This document shows, piece by piece, positions 14,446 through 27,924 of a stretch of DNA of 64,000 nt. The notes beneath the pieces are model-generated. The model ran no database searches, was not told where the DNA came from, and was given only the letters and a program-made list of their open reading frames with translations. This stretch comes from Octopus vulgaris (taxonomy: Eukaryota), in assembly GCA_951406725.2 (NCBI GenBank), contig OX597816.1, positions 41,912,001 through 41,976,000 on the forward strand, given 5' to 3'. A program made the position numbers and the translations under genes. Each line of letters begins with the position of its first letter. Within the stretch, counting starts at the first letter, position 1.

Positions 14446-14480
<35 letters not shown>

Positions 14481-14486
14481 GCATAT

Positions 14487-14660
14487 GGGCACAGGAGACG
14501 CTGTGTGGTAAGTAGCTTGCTTCCTACCCACTTGGTTCTGAGTTTAGTTCCACTGCATGGCACCTTGGGTGGGTGTCTTCTACTATAGCCTCGGGCCGAC
14601 AAAAGACGGTACTCCAGCATAGCTACAATCAAATGAATGAACCGAATAAAAGAATAAAAG
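14487..14660 (+). mobile_element. tRNA-derived SINE (family A), internally deleted
   Basis: Head TGTGTGGTAAGTAGCTTGC..CCACTGCATGGCACCTTGGG joined directly to tail GGTACTCCAGCATAGCTACAATCAAATGA..AATAAAAG. Confidence 0.8.
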
Positions 14661-14829
14661 TATTACTTCTATTCCACCCACCCCTTCTCCACTTCCGTCT
14701 GTTGTTACCATTCCCCCCGATCTTCCCCTCTCTGCGGCTGAACGCTCCGTCCTTGGTAGGGGTCTGCGTTTCATCCCCCTCACTCCATCCTGTAAGGAAT
14801 TCCAGACGCGAGTTGATGTCCACAGCTTT

Positions 14830-17223
14830 GTGCGCCGTGTCCGGTTGGGTGCGCATTACCACGACTCGCCACCCACACCCCACGAAGAGGACGACTGCTT
14901 CACTGGCCTGGGCCGCCGACCATCCCCGTGGACGCCTGCCCCTGGCCAGATCCTAGCAGTGGATCTTTTCGCGGGCGCTTGTCAGCGTGCATTGGAGCGG
15001 TTCAACTTCTCCAGGCGCCAACGCCGCCTCAACATCTCCCCGGCTGAGCTCTTGGCTCTTCGTTCCCTCCAACGGCGCGCTGACATTATCATCAAACCGG
15101 CTGACAAGGGTGGAGCTGTAGTGGTGTTGCGCGCGGACCTCTATAGGGCCGAGGCTTTCCGCCAACTCAATGACACCTCCTTCTATTCCCCTCTGCCCTC
15201 TAACCCCACACGTAGCTACCAACAGACGGTATCCTCTACCGTCCAAGACCTCATCTCGTCCTTCCGTCTCCCCCGCACCGCATCCAACCTAATTGTGCGA
15301 ACCCCACGTACCCCCACCATTTACTTCCTCCCCAAAATCCACAAACCCAACAACCCTGGCCGCCCCATCGTCTCCGCCTGTAACTGCCCCACGGAGCTCA
15401 TCTCTAAATACCTCGACCGTGTCCTTGCCCCCCTAGTGGCATCTCTTCCCTCCCACATCCACGATACCAACCATGCTCTCCGGCTTTTCAACTCTTTCTC
15501 CTTTCCTCCCGGCTCCTCCAAAATCCTTTTTACTATGGACATCCAAAGCCTCTATACTGTTATCCCTCACCACGAAGGACTGCAGGCCCTTCGACACTTT
15601 CTTGACCTCCGCTCTAACCCTGTACCTGACACCTCCACACTCATTCGTCTGGCCGAACTTGTCCTTACTCTGAACTGCTTCTCGTTCGCGGGCGAGTTCT
15701 ACCATCAGGTCTCGGGAGTGGCCATGGGAACGCGAATGGGCCCCAACTATGCGAACCTGTTCGTTGGCTATGTTGAGGCCCAAATATTCTCTAATTTCAC
15801 TGGTCCCACTCCTGAACTATATGGTCGTTATATTGACGACATTATCGGTGCCACCTCACTCTCCCGCGAACATCTAGATTCCTTCCTCCCTTTCGTCCAA
15901 TCTTTCCATCCGGCCCTCCACTTCACTTCCACTATCTCCAACACCTCTGTCTCCTTCCTTGACATTTCGGTTAGCATTCTTCACTCCACTCTTACCACCT
16001 CCATTCACTACAAACACACAGACTCACACTCATACCTCAACTTCTCTTCCTCCCACCCAGAACACACCAAGCTTTCCATCCCCTATTCCCAATTCCTCCG
16101 TCTACGTAGGCTCTGTAGTGACGACCATGACTTTGAGACTCAGTCTCAACGTATGGCTCACCACTTCACCCTACGTGGATACCCCCTCACCACTATCCAC
16201 ACCGCCCTTGCCAGAGCACGGTCCGTGGACCGTGTATCTGCTCTCTCACCCCGAACCCGCCCTGTAGTCTCCCGCCTCCCTTTTCCCCTCACTTACCACC
16301 CCACGACCCTACGTCTCCAACGCACCATTCTTCGAGCTTTCCGTCATCTCCAGTCCGACCCGTCCACTTCACACCTCTTCCCTAACCGACCCCTCCCCTC
16401 TTTCAAACGAGCCCACAACCTTCGAGACCTTTTGGTCCATAGCTCCTTCCCTGACCCTACCTCCCAACCCGGCTCGTTCCCCTGCTCCCGCCCACGTTGC
16501 CGCACTTGCCCTTACCTCTCCAACACCACCCGCCTCACTAGCACCCACCATCGACCCTATCCCATCATCCACTCCTTCACCTGCACCTCCAGCAATATTA
16601 TCTATTGCATCTCTTGCTCTCTCTGCAATTCCTTGTACATCGGACAAACGGGACGCCGCTTGGCTGACCGGTTCGCGGAACACCTTCGTGACATCCACCT
16701 TGCGAACGACACACCGGTCTCACGCCATTTCCGCTCCACCGGTCACTCCTTGCAACACCTATCTGTGTTCGGTTTGTCCTTACACAGAGGCCATCCGGAT
16801 TCCCGTTTGCGCCGTGAACAGGAATTAATCTTCTCTCTTCGCTCTTATACGCCATTTGGTCTCAACTCTGCCCCCTCCTCATCTAACCCCCTCTCCCCCT
16901 CCTCACCTATCCTTTCTCCCCCCGACCCCTACTTCTTCAGTCCTTCATCCTTTCACCCCTACTCCCCTTCCCTTCTTCCCTCTTTCTCCCTCCCTCTTCC
17001 CCTTCTCTCTGCTCCCTCACTCCCTCTCTCCCCCTCTCCCTCTTTCCTCCTTCATCCCCCTCCTCCCCTTCCTTCTCCCCCATCCTCTCCTCTTCCCCCT
17101 TCTCCTCCCCCTCTTCTTCCCCTCCTCTTCTCCCCCTTCTCCCCCTCTTCTCCCCCTCCCCCTCTTCTCCTCACTACACCACATGACTTTACACATCACA
17201 TCACATATGATGTGCCATACTAA
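14830..17223 (+). CDS. PLE polyprotein: reverse transcriptase, Cys linker and GIY-YIG endonuclease (frame is open from 14650, no initiator ATG)
   Basis: LSAAERSVLGRGLRFIP lies upstream in frame. Motifs: IKPADKGGAVVV, YFLPKIHK..PGRPIVS, MDIQSLYT, QVSGVAMGTRMGP, RYIDD, FLDI, PCSRPRCRTC (Neptune linker), IIYCISC..CNSLYIGQTGR...RFAEH, REQELI..L....PFGLN. Confidence 0.92.
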   Translation: MRRVRLGAHYHDSPPTPHEEDDCFTGLGRRPSPWTPAPGQILAVDLFAGACQRALERFNFSRRQRRLNISPAELLALRSLQRRADIIIKPADKGGAVVVLRADLYRAEAFRQLNDTSFYSPLPSNPTRSYQQTVSSTVQDLISSFRLPRTASNLIVRTPRTPTIYFLPKIHKPNNPGRPIVSACNCPTELISKYLDRVLAPLVASLPSHIHDTNHALRLFNSFSFPPGSSKILFTMDIQSLYTVIPHHEGLQALRHFLDLRSNPVPDTSTLIRLAELVLTLNCFSFAGEFYHQVSGVAMGTRMGPNYANLFVGYVEAQIFSNFTGPTPELYGRYIDDIIGATSLSREHLDSFLPFVQSFHPALHFTSTISNTSVSFLDISVSILHSTLTTSIHYKHTDSHSYLNFSSSHPEHTKLSIPYSQFLRLRRLCSDDHDFETQSQRMAHHFTLRGYPLTTIHTALARARSVDRVSALSPRTRPVVSRLPFPLTYHPTTLRLQRTILRAFRHLQSDPSTSHLFPNRPLPSFKRAHNLRDLLVHSSFPDPTSQPGSFPCSRPRCRTCPYLSNTTRLTSTHHRPYPIIHSFTCTSSNIIYCISCSLCNSLYIGQTGRRLADRFAEHLRDIHLANDTPVSRHFRSTGHSLQHLSVFGLSLHRGHPDSRLRREQELIFSLRSYTPFGLNSAPSSSNPLSPSSPILSPPDPYFFSPSSFHPYSPSLLPSFSLPLPLLSAPSLPLSPSPSFLLHPPPPLPSPPSSPLPPSPPPLLPLLFSPFSPSSPPPPLLLTTPHDFTHHITYDVPY

Positions 17224-17729
17224 TACACACACCAACTAATACATACTAATACGTACTAATACATACTAGTACATACTAATACTTACACCAACCCTATACA
17301 TACACACGTCCAGACGCCGCATACGCACTTATACTCTCTCACACAAACACACACACATACCTATACATACCAATACGTACTAATACATACTAATACATAC
17401 TAATACATACACCAACCCCATACATACGCACGTCCAGACCAATCTTACGCACTAATACTCTCTCATACACACACACACACACACACACACCACCCTTATA
17501 CATACTAATACATACACCAACCCTATACATACACACATCCAGACCCCTCCCACGCACTTTTAGCTGGTCCCTCAACCCTTTTATCAACCCTATTATCTCC
17601 CCTTATTTCGCTCTCGCGTCTCATGTTTGATCTTTGACCTCTGGCCGAAATCAGATCGCCATGTTGATTCGTTAGCTACTGCACGCATTTTTTTCTCTCC
17701 TTCTTTCTGTGTTTTTCTCTCTCTGTGTA

Positions 17730-17767
17730 TCTTTCTGTTGAAGAGCGTAGGCTCGAAACGTTAAAGA
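17730..17767 (+). ncRNA. Variant minimal hammerhead motif in the Neptune pseudo-LTR
   Basis: UCUUU-CUGUUGA-A-GAGC-GUAG-GCUC-GAAAC-GU-U-AAAGA. All stems pair, but the core has U in place of A6. Confidence 0.6.
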
Positions 17768-17909
17768 CTTGTTTTATTTATATTTCCTGAGCGCCATACT
17801 AATACAATTGTTCGTTTGTTTTCCACCTGCCTTCGTCTTTTGTTTATTTTCATAAAGCTTCCCGTTATATCTATATATACATACATATATATATATATAC
17901 ATATATATG

Positions 17910-18000
<91 letters not shown>

Positions 18001-18002
18001 TA

Positions 18003-18393
18003 CTAGCAGTATCGCCCGGTGTTGCTCGTGTTTGTAAGGGAAATAACTATATGAGCATTTTTAGAGAGTTATAGCCAAAAATACCAAAAAAATGCATTAA
18101 AAATGGAAAAAAAAATGATGGTATTTTTTTTTTAAATCGTTGACTCATCGTAGACATTTTAGAGAGTTACTTTCCTTATATAATAGCGAAAAAATGCATT
18201 AAAATGGAAACATTGATGGTATTTTTTTTAAATCGTAGACTCATCGTAGACGCGCGCTAATGCCCAGAAGGACTCGATATGAATCACGACTATAAGATAC
18301 CCGGTTTTGGTTAAACTGCACCGCAAAATGTGGGAGTAGTTAGGAATCTAAATCGTAGGAGGCAGACACACAACCTTACTTTTATATATAAAC
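18003..18393 (-). mobile_element. Non-autonomous Helitron
   Basis: Minus strand starts T(T)TATATATAAAAG and ends with an imperfect GC-rich hairpin (CGAGCAACACCGGG) followed by CTAG|T. It has an internal ~97-bp tandem duplication. Confidence 0.65.
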
Positions 18394-18395
18394 AC

Positions 18396-18427
<32 letters not shown>

Positions 18428-18455
18428 TATATAATATATTTATATAGACATGTAC

Positions 18456-18526
<71 letters not shown>

Positions 18527-20309
18527 GATACGTGCATAAATGTACACATATGTATAAATGTCTGTCTGTAACTATTATATATATAATGCTATATCTTCAG
18601 GCAATGTAGAAAGACACTTGTTACTGTTTTTCATGTACTCTTGCTGCGATGCCTATTTTGTGAATGCGTATATACATCTGTATGCAAAATGTTATTTCTA
18701 TACGTCTGTGATATATGTGCTCACAAACATATTCATGTATCAATGTGTCTATGTGTATGTATATATTAGTATATTTCTGTCTATGTGTGTCTTGAATATT
18801 CTAATGGTGAAATTTAATTAAAATCTAAGCTAGAAAAATTTGGAAACTTAATTAATTTCTCTGCAGATATTCTTGATTTATTCTATCTTCTGTAAATTGT
18901 AATTATCATGTTATCAACAAATCAATCATTTTGTCTGAGAAAGAATCCATGTGTTTGTGTGCATGCTCTCGATGGAAACAGAATTATGAATGGCTCTGTG
19001 ACGAGTGGAATATGTATAGAAATTCAGAGTGAGATTATTGGAATTAAGTAAAAGAAAACCATACGTCAATACAGACAAACACATTGATTGCTTGTTGTTC
19101 TTAATGACAATTTTGCATATAAAAATGACTATTTTAATGTTGCAAACAGACGGAGGACAGGCAACGTTAGAAATCGATAAATTGATCGATACGCACATAA
19201 ACAAATGTTGAAATGCATATAAATATATACATTGAATATGTTGTCTTATCTTCTAATGTCGTTATCTTTTTCTGAATATGCTTAATTCTTCTACTTAGAC
19301 AAGAAAATGTCAGCTTCAGTGATTTTCAGAATATATCTCTCTATTCTTATTTGGTTTAGTTCTTACTCGCAGTTCATAAAAAATCTAACAATCTTATAAA
19401 TAATTATTATTATATAAAATATTATGCAATCATTCAACGAAACGAGAGTTACATGAATATCTATAAGCATGGGATCATTAAAAACTTCAATTCACCTGCC
19501 TAACCCTTAGCCAATTTAATAATCGTGCGACAGTGCTACCAGATTATTTGAAAACATTCCATGATATGATTTAAAAGCACACACACTCTCTCTCTTCCTT
19601 TTTTTATCGCTATGCGTGTGTTATACACTATAACGTATCATCTCTGAAGTTTTGTTGTTAATATTATAATAGTAGTTTTCGAATCAATTACCCCTCACTA
19701 AATTTGGTCGTATATATAGTAATATATTTTCTAATGCAATACGGGTTTTTGTTTCGCATTCTTTCTTCATAATTTTGTTACTAGATTCTCAACTTCCTTA
19801 ATTAGAACTCTCTTCATATATTCTCCGAGTTTTAAGTTTCTATGGTCGTCCTACTTTTCACACTTTCCACCATTTTTCTCTCTTAATCATATTGCATGGA
19901 CCTCTCCACATCTCACATTATCAAGCAGTGTGATATATTGAAGGTATGTAGTCAGGCAAGACACTGATTTCATAAAATATATCCACATCTGATATCGCAG
20001 CGAAGCGGCATTATAATCATTCACTTTTGTAATAAATAGATTAGAATAGGAAATATTTGATTTCAATGAGTCTATATCAAAAGACTCTCCAGCATGTTTC
20101 TAGCTTTTGCTGGCTTTCTTAAAAATTATGTTCCCTTATGTCATTTGTAGAGACATTGCTTTTTTTTCTTATACATTAAAAAATAACATAATAATAATTT
20201 CGAATCGACCATTGTCTCTTGAGAATGTATTCTACCTATAAATACCTATAAATACACAAATGCTTTCATTTCTAAAATGATAGAAAATCAAACAGAATTT
20301 TTAGTAAAT

Positions 20310-20351
<42 letters not shown>

Positions 20352-20502
20352 ACACACAAACACGCAGATACACATATATAAATACAAAAACGCAAAAATA
20401 TCTGTACAGTTATATACATGTTTTCATGTCTATATGTATGCGTATGTTTCTCTAGGCGCACGTATTTGTATACACACACACAAGCACACGGACACACACA
20501 GT

Positions 20503-20561
<59 letters not shown>

Positions 20562-20751
20562 AAAGACAATATTTGAGTACAAAAGGGCATATGACTTCAT
20601 ATATATGAGAATGTGTACGCATATTCATATACATATACATGTATATAGACATATATACATATATATATATACATATGTCTATATTTATAAACATATATAT
20701 GTCTATATATATATGCCTATATATATATGTCTATATATATATATATATATA

Positions 20752-20806
<55 letters not shown>

Positions 20807-22149
20807 ATGTATTTATACACAAATACATACACATATATATGTATATTTGTACATAAATATGTGCACTTATAGATACACACATACACACACAAACACTTGC
20901 ATATACATAAAGAATTCTTATTTATTCAAGATGTTTCTGCAAACTTACCGATAATTTGATTCATTAACGGAAACGTGGTATTACATTATCTTGGTTTCAG
21001 CAGTCAGTAACATTTAACGTATAGAATATAAATTGTCTATATAACCTTTAGTGGAGTTTTGTATTGGAATTTTTTTACACACGATTGGTAAATAAACCAT
21101 GCCAATTTTCAACTGATGGGGAAGCGTAAATCTGTAAATAAAAGCATTTTTTACTATATAACTCTGTAACACTACAGATAATACGTCACCGGTCTATTGA
21201 AACGTTATTCGAACGTATTTACAATACGTTATAACATCTCTGTAACCCAGCTAACCTTGTTAACATAATTTCGAAATACGATTCCTGCCAAATGGTGTAT
21301 AGTTAATTCAGAAACATAATATTGATAGCATATTTCAATGATTATTTCAGTAATTGTAATGTGAAATAGCAATTGGTATGGAAAAAATAGCAGCTGTGGA
21401 GGTTACCGATATCGGGTGTGGTGTTGTTGAATATGATCGGTGATAGAAATAGTAGAATTTATGAAAGTGGTTAAGAGCAACTGTCATTTAGTAGTTGTTC
21501 TTGTCTACGTTGATGAAGAGGATTAGGATGGTGATGAATGCTATCATGATGACTACTACGATGTTAATTTTTATAACGACGACGACTACAACAATCATAT
21601 CAACAACTACCATGACGACGACGTTGACGATAACGATAATTAAAGTAATAACGATGAACACAATGATGGTGATGGTGGTGGTTGTGGTCATGGTGTTCTT
21701 GACAGTGGTGATTGTGCAAATGGAGATGATGATGATGTTGATGAATTAAGCTATAAACTATACTGTATCACATGAAACGTGGACATTTATGCGCATAAAT
21801 AGTATTAAAAAGAAAAGTGAGAGAAAAATTATTCCAGTTATGTAAATCTAATACCAAAGCAATAATTTATCGCTATCTTTAACATCAAACTTCACGATAA
21901 ATCCCGCCGCAACAAATTTGATCACGAGCGTAGATCATTGACCGGAAGCTATCGATGAAGGAAGTTACATCACATAAATCCGGTAGACATACATTTTGGT
22001 ATTCCGGTACAAAACTACACTATCATCGGCTCTGTATATGACTCACAACTGTACATATTTACGAGTACACATATGCGCGGACTTCATTGTGGACGGATAT
22101 ATACATATACATATGCATACATACGTACATACACACACACACACACACT

Positions 22150-22195
<46 letters not shown>

Positions 22196-22281
22196 CATAT
22201 ATATATATACATATATATGTATATATATATATGCGCGTGTACATAGAAGTGTCTACGCACACATTCATATGTATGTATGTA

Positions 22282-22341
<60 letters not shown>

Positions 22342-23312
22342 ATACGCACATACACACAGACACACACATATATACATAAATACATGTATTAACGTATGAA
22401 TATATCCCAGTCTGGGCGTGCGCCGTTGCGTGCGTAAGAAAATGTTATCTTTAAAAATCCCATTCATATACGAACACAAAACACGCACGCTCACATGCTG
22501 GATTTAGGCCACGGTCACACATACATATTTACACCTATTCATGATTTTATAAGATAAGTCGGATGAAATATTGCTATGAGGAGCGGGAATGTGGAAATAT
22601 ATGCGTTTCCAAGATATTTTTCCTTTTAAAATGTGTTTCTGTGAAATGTATTTCTCTATCATGCTCCATTATTTTCTCTCTCTCCTTCACATACTCTTTT
22701 CGTTTGGTCTTGCTTCATATTTCTTCATCCTTCTCTGCGTATTTAGCTGATATTGTTTATTTCCTTGTCCATTTCATTTCCCAGTCCTTCCTCTTTATTT
22801 TTCTTTATCACTGTCTCTATTGGTTGCTCCTCACTCTGTCTTCGCTTGTTTATTTTTCTCTCTCCTTATAAATCGTTTATTTTTAGCATGTATATTGATA
22901 TGTCTTCCGTTTTCTTTGCCAAGCAAAGAAACAATTTGCATATCGCTTTTGTATATTCCGTTGCTCATTCACCGTAAAGTTGCCCTGGGTATCTAAAATT
23001 GCTAGACGAATAGAAAAAGCTCTATCCATGGCTGTCCGTATAACATGCATGGTCTGTTAATCTTGCAACGGACACGTTAATGTTTATTTAAATTCTTTCG
23101 ACAGTTTTTAAAATTCTTTATGTGCATCGTGCACGTTTTCTTTTGTATTCTAACAAATATAGGGAGTAGATAATCTTAAACATATTCACGTATGCGCATG
23201 GTATTTCAGAAATACAATATATTCATTATATTTAGTAATTCTATAAACGTATCTATGACAAGAAATATTGTGTAACACTGAAAGAATTCCATGCCGAGTA
23301 TATATATATAAG

Positions 23313-23375
23313 AATTTTTTGCGTAATGAGATAAAAAGAACCTTGTTTTTATTTTATCTCATTACGCAAAAAATT
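23313..23375. repeat. Perfect 24-bp hairpin
   Basis: AATTTTTTGCGTAATGAGATAAAA-15 nt-TTTTATCTCATTACGCAAAAAATT. Confidence 0.9.
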
Positions 23376-23522
23376 GCTATATACATACGATGACATATGA
23401 CCAACATTGAACCCCTTATTCGCAAAATTTCCGAATCTGGAACTTAACTATAATCTGTCTATAGCACTTATTCAACATCACCTGACACCTTTGGGTCTCA
23501 ATGACACCATTACCTCTTATAA

Positions 23523-23606
<84 letters not shown>

Positions 23607-23938
23607 GCAAATTATGTAGCAACTGCTTCTGCGCAAAAGACATAAATATAACATTGAAATAAGTAATTTATGACTGAATCTATGTTAATATATTTTAAAT
23701 AAAAGATAACTGATAATCATTAGATTATATTCCAGAAGAAAATTTGTCAAATATTTCGTTTGAAGACTTGCATGATTATATATTATGTTGCATTAGGAAG
23801 TGTAATAAAATTCCATGATCGGAATTTATGCTGATTCTATTTTGTATGAAATTGCGATTCTTTTATAGATGCGTCCACATATATCTTCTTCTGTGCGAAT
23901 GAAAAGAGTACAGATATTTCGATCACTGGGAAAATAAA

Positions 23939-23982
<44 letters not shown>

Positions 23983-25665
23983 TACACACACACACACACA
24001 CGCACACATACACACACACACACACACGCACACATACATGTATCTATCTACGAATATATGTATGTATACATGTGCGTGTACGCATTCTCGTATAATTAAA
24101 CGTACACACACACACACCTACACATATGAATATATCTTCATGCATGTATTTTTGTGCGATTAGTGTAGATCCGTATAAAACCGTATTATAGTTAACGCTT
24201 ATATAATTACAAGAATGCAGCCTTAACTTTCACAAATCCTTGAAGCTGTTATTAATTAGTACTGACATGAATTTTTCACCTTTTTTTATCGCATCCTAGT
24301 ACATTTATCATTAGCCATCCTTAATGCCACACGTGAGTCAGAACAGAATTATTTTTCCTTGATAGACAACCAATTTGAGATAATGGCAGAGAGCCAGAAA
24401 GGATTTATAAAAGTATTATCTAGGGGTTTAAAATGTTCTTGCATAATCCATGACAATTTTTAAAATTTTATTTTATAAAAAGCATTGCTTTGATAGGAGG
24501 AAGAAACGAAAGATACAAAATAAAGCAAAACAAAAGTGAATGCTCAACCGATAAGTTTCGAAATAAATTGAGATATAATTCAATTATGATAACGCTGGTT
24601 GTAATCACATGGGACAAAATAGGAAAATATAGTTATTAATTAGATGTTGGTCATGTTTTATCATTTGTGCATATTCAATTTTACATGATGTTTATCGAAG
24701 CAGCAAGCGTTTACTTTTCAGTTTAACCTTGATTATAAGATATGGAAGGCAAATTTCCTCAGATTCAACATTCATTATTAAACAAGGACACATTCGATAA
24801 TGCAGTCCTACATGTAAATTATGTATGAATATCAAACAAGTTTACTAATGGGATGATTGATTTCAGCATGTTTATTACATATTTAATAAAAATGATTTTT
24901 GAAAGCGTCGTTAATGAAAACGTTATGATACTCACGTCTTAAATCCATTGCTTTTAATAAATTTGGTTTTCATATTCAATACAATATATTGTATCTACAA
25001 AGGTGGCCAAAAGTTTGGAACATAGGTGTGACAATTAAACTTTTATATTAAATGCCCAAAGTTAAATTTGAATCGAATTGTACTTGAGGATAACAATTAA
25101 AATTTGTTAAAAAAGCTTCCAAACTCCTGGCTACCACCGCGAGTATATATTAGGCATATTGCAAATTGCACAAAGACTAGATATTAGAAATAGAATGCAA
25201 ATACCCTTCAGATTAGATTTTAACGTCCTCAATATGTGAGACACGTTGCATCTATGATGTTTTGTTGTATGGAATACACTATGAGGAAAAGTAATATGGT
25301 TGTGAATTTGGAAATACATGTCATCACAGATTTGTTGGAAGTTGCAAACAACAAAGACAGCAATAAAAACTGATAATTAAAAGCACGTTTACAAAATAAA
25401 AAAATGTTATCCAAATCATATTTTAATTAATAGCAAATAGAAATTATAAATTTCATTTTATGATAATTTATAACGATTAATATTTTAAGTCATGCGTATT
25501 TAGACATAGCTGTGAGATACACATAAATCCTAATATTTTCATTTCCTTCTTTTCAAGTATAATTTTAGTAAAAGTAATCAAACGTATCGTTTCTTAGATG
25601 AAAGCTCAAGGCTATTAATTCCTACCAGTAACTTCGCCGTTGTGACAAAATTAGTATTTACATCG

Positions 25666-25716
<51 letters not shown>

Positions 25717-26605
25717 CTGAAGTTCTCATTGATTCTGCAATTCATTCGTGTATGTCAAAACATATGTAAAGTCATTGATATTTTGCCATTACGAGATTCA
25801 ACTGTAACATTCACAAATTTATTAATTAGATATGGCGTATTGTTTTTCGCTTTCATTTTCCATCATGGTAAAACTTGTTTTCTTATCATAATACGTTCAT
25901 CAATGCATATTCTACATTAGTCAGTGGAAAACGAATTAGTTTGCATCAATAGGGATATAATTTGACATAATGAGTGAATGCCAAGAAGGATTTAAACGTA
26001 TATTAACTACAGTTTCAAATTCATCTTGCATAGTCACCGACGAACATCATTACATATAATCAGAAATAAGATAAAGGAACAATATAAACCCAAACGAATG
26101 GTTCAGGTGATGCATTACAAAACAAAATAACCATTTGATACAAAAGTGACATACTACAGGAAATAAAGAGAAAAAGAATAAAACTGTTTTCGAAAAATCT
26201 ACATGTAAGAAGTAAGGCAACATCGTAATATTATGGAAAAGGATTACGATGTGTCATAAGATTAAAAACAAGTTTGTAAAATAAGTTTCACAATATTATA
26301 GGCGAAGGTTTCCTGAGATAACCGGTGATCAGATGTAATTCCTTATTGTATTCTAGGGATTAAATTCAATGTATTTCGTCGTTGAATGAAATAGCGTTAA
26401 TACGATAAATTCTTATTTGCAAAGAAATCTGCGTTTAAAATTCATTTCGGTTATACACTAAGAAGTAGAAATATATACATATATACAAACAGAAGCATGC
26501 CGATGTATGCTTGCACATTTGTAATACATTTCTGTTTATACATACATACATATCCTTACATATATTTATATAACGACACACATACACACACATACATACA
26601 CACAC

Positions 26606-26658
<53 letters not shown>

Positions 26659-27924
26659 ATAATAAAAATAAAGTTCTTGGTACAGCATTATATATATTTG
26701 AAAGAATGAATATCCCTTTCTTGAGGGGATAATTTTCATTTTAATCTTACTAGTACTGTTTACAGTGTGGTAGTAGGCATATATGACATATTTAAGGGGG
26801 TTTTGTCGCTTCATCAGTACCTGCGTGCTGATACATATGTATGTAGTAAAAGCACTATATGTATTGATGTATGTATACGAATGCATACATGCACATGTTC
26901 ATACGTGTGTGTGTGTGTGTGTGTTTGCGTCACTGTGAGTATTTGGAAATGGATATATACTTACACATTATATACATACATACATAGCGTATATATGAAA
27001 ACACTTTTTTAGTATATGTGGCTATGTTAGTAAAAAGCAGTTCGTAAACCTATAGATATATATATTTGTCTTTCCTTAATAAAATTCTTTTTTACAGAAT
27101 TGTTTGAAAGTGCTCAGGTCGAAACCGAGACGCTAGACATTATATAACTTGGTTTAAGAAGAAACAAATTTTAGATAATCATCTAATCATCCTACAGTTA
27201 TGATTTACATCAACATAATAAATACACTAGGGCAAGACACATCAATATATTATTTAGATTGGAAATATCAAATACCTGAGATAAAGCTGTACGTGAAAAG
27301 GATAAATAAATAAAAAGTGAGACATCCATTAAAATATCGTATTATATTTCAGATTAAAAATGTTGAATTAAGAATTAAAAGTTAGAAGATACATCGATAT
27401 ACGCATATACGCGCTTTTCTTGGTGTGAATGATATATGTGTTGTTTTGACAGTGATGCTGTTGATACTACAATTTGTGAAGACATTTCTAACGTTCCAGG
27501 TGTATCTATTTTCTTTAAGCTCTTCGAGTAGACGATGAAGGACACCGACAGCATATTTTCTCTGTATTTTCCTCTATTCATTTTGCCTTCCTCTATTGCA
27601 TTCGATGTAAAGGAAGCTTATATATCTGGATAGAATTATCAAATAGAATATGGTTAGAATGATGATACGTATTTTCAATGTACACGCTGTATTTGTCATA
27701 TATTATGCTTGACGTTTTTATCCGGTCCTGCAGTCCCATTTTATGCTTTTCAATGCTGTTTCAGATCCTCTCGTTCTCTTCGGAATGTATTAGAATATTG
27801 CTACTAGTGTTTATAATAGCTCGATATTTCCCTGTATTTTATGTATATTTCACTAAGATCCATAAATATAAATTGTTAATAGAGTGCCTTATATGCAAAT
27901 AAATACCTTTTTGTGCGATGAAAT

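Larger units (their letters stand above)
14665..17870 (+). mobile_element. Neptune-type Penelope-like retroelement, 5'-truncated, with 3' pseudo-LTR
   Basis: RT + GIY-YIG ORF, a C/T-rich tail, three ~115-bp repeats (17270-17545), and a pseudo-LTR shared with 28850-28990 and 34930-35108. Confidence 0.9.

Noticed and set aside
17225-17545. Repeat-spacer-like array
   Set aside because: Degenerate tandem repeats in the PLE 3' region of eukaryotic DNA, not a CRISPR array.
20288-20954. Many [12 protein letters not shown] ORFs here and throughout the window
   Set aside because: They are translations of (TA)n and (CA)n microsatellites.
24995-25025. Tc1-like TIR (CAAAGGTGGCCAAAAGTTTGGAACA)
   Set aside because: I found no clear partner TIR or transposase.
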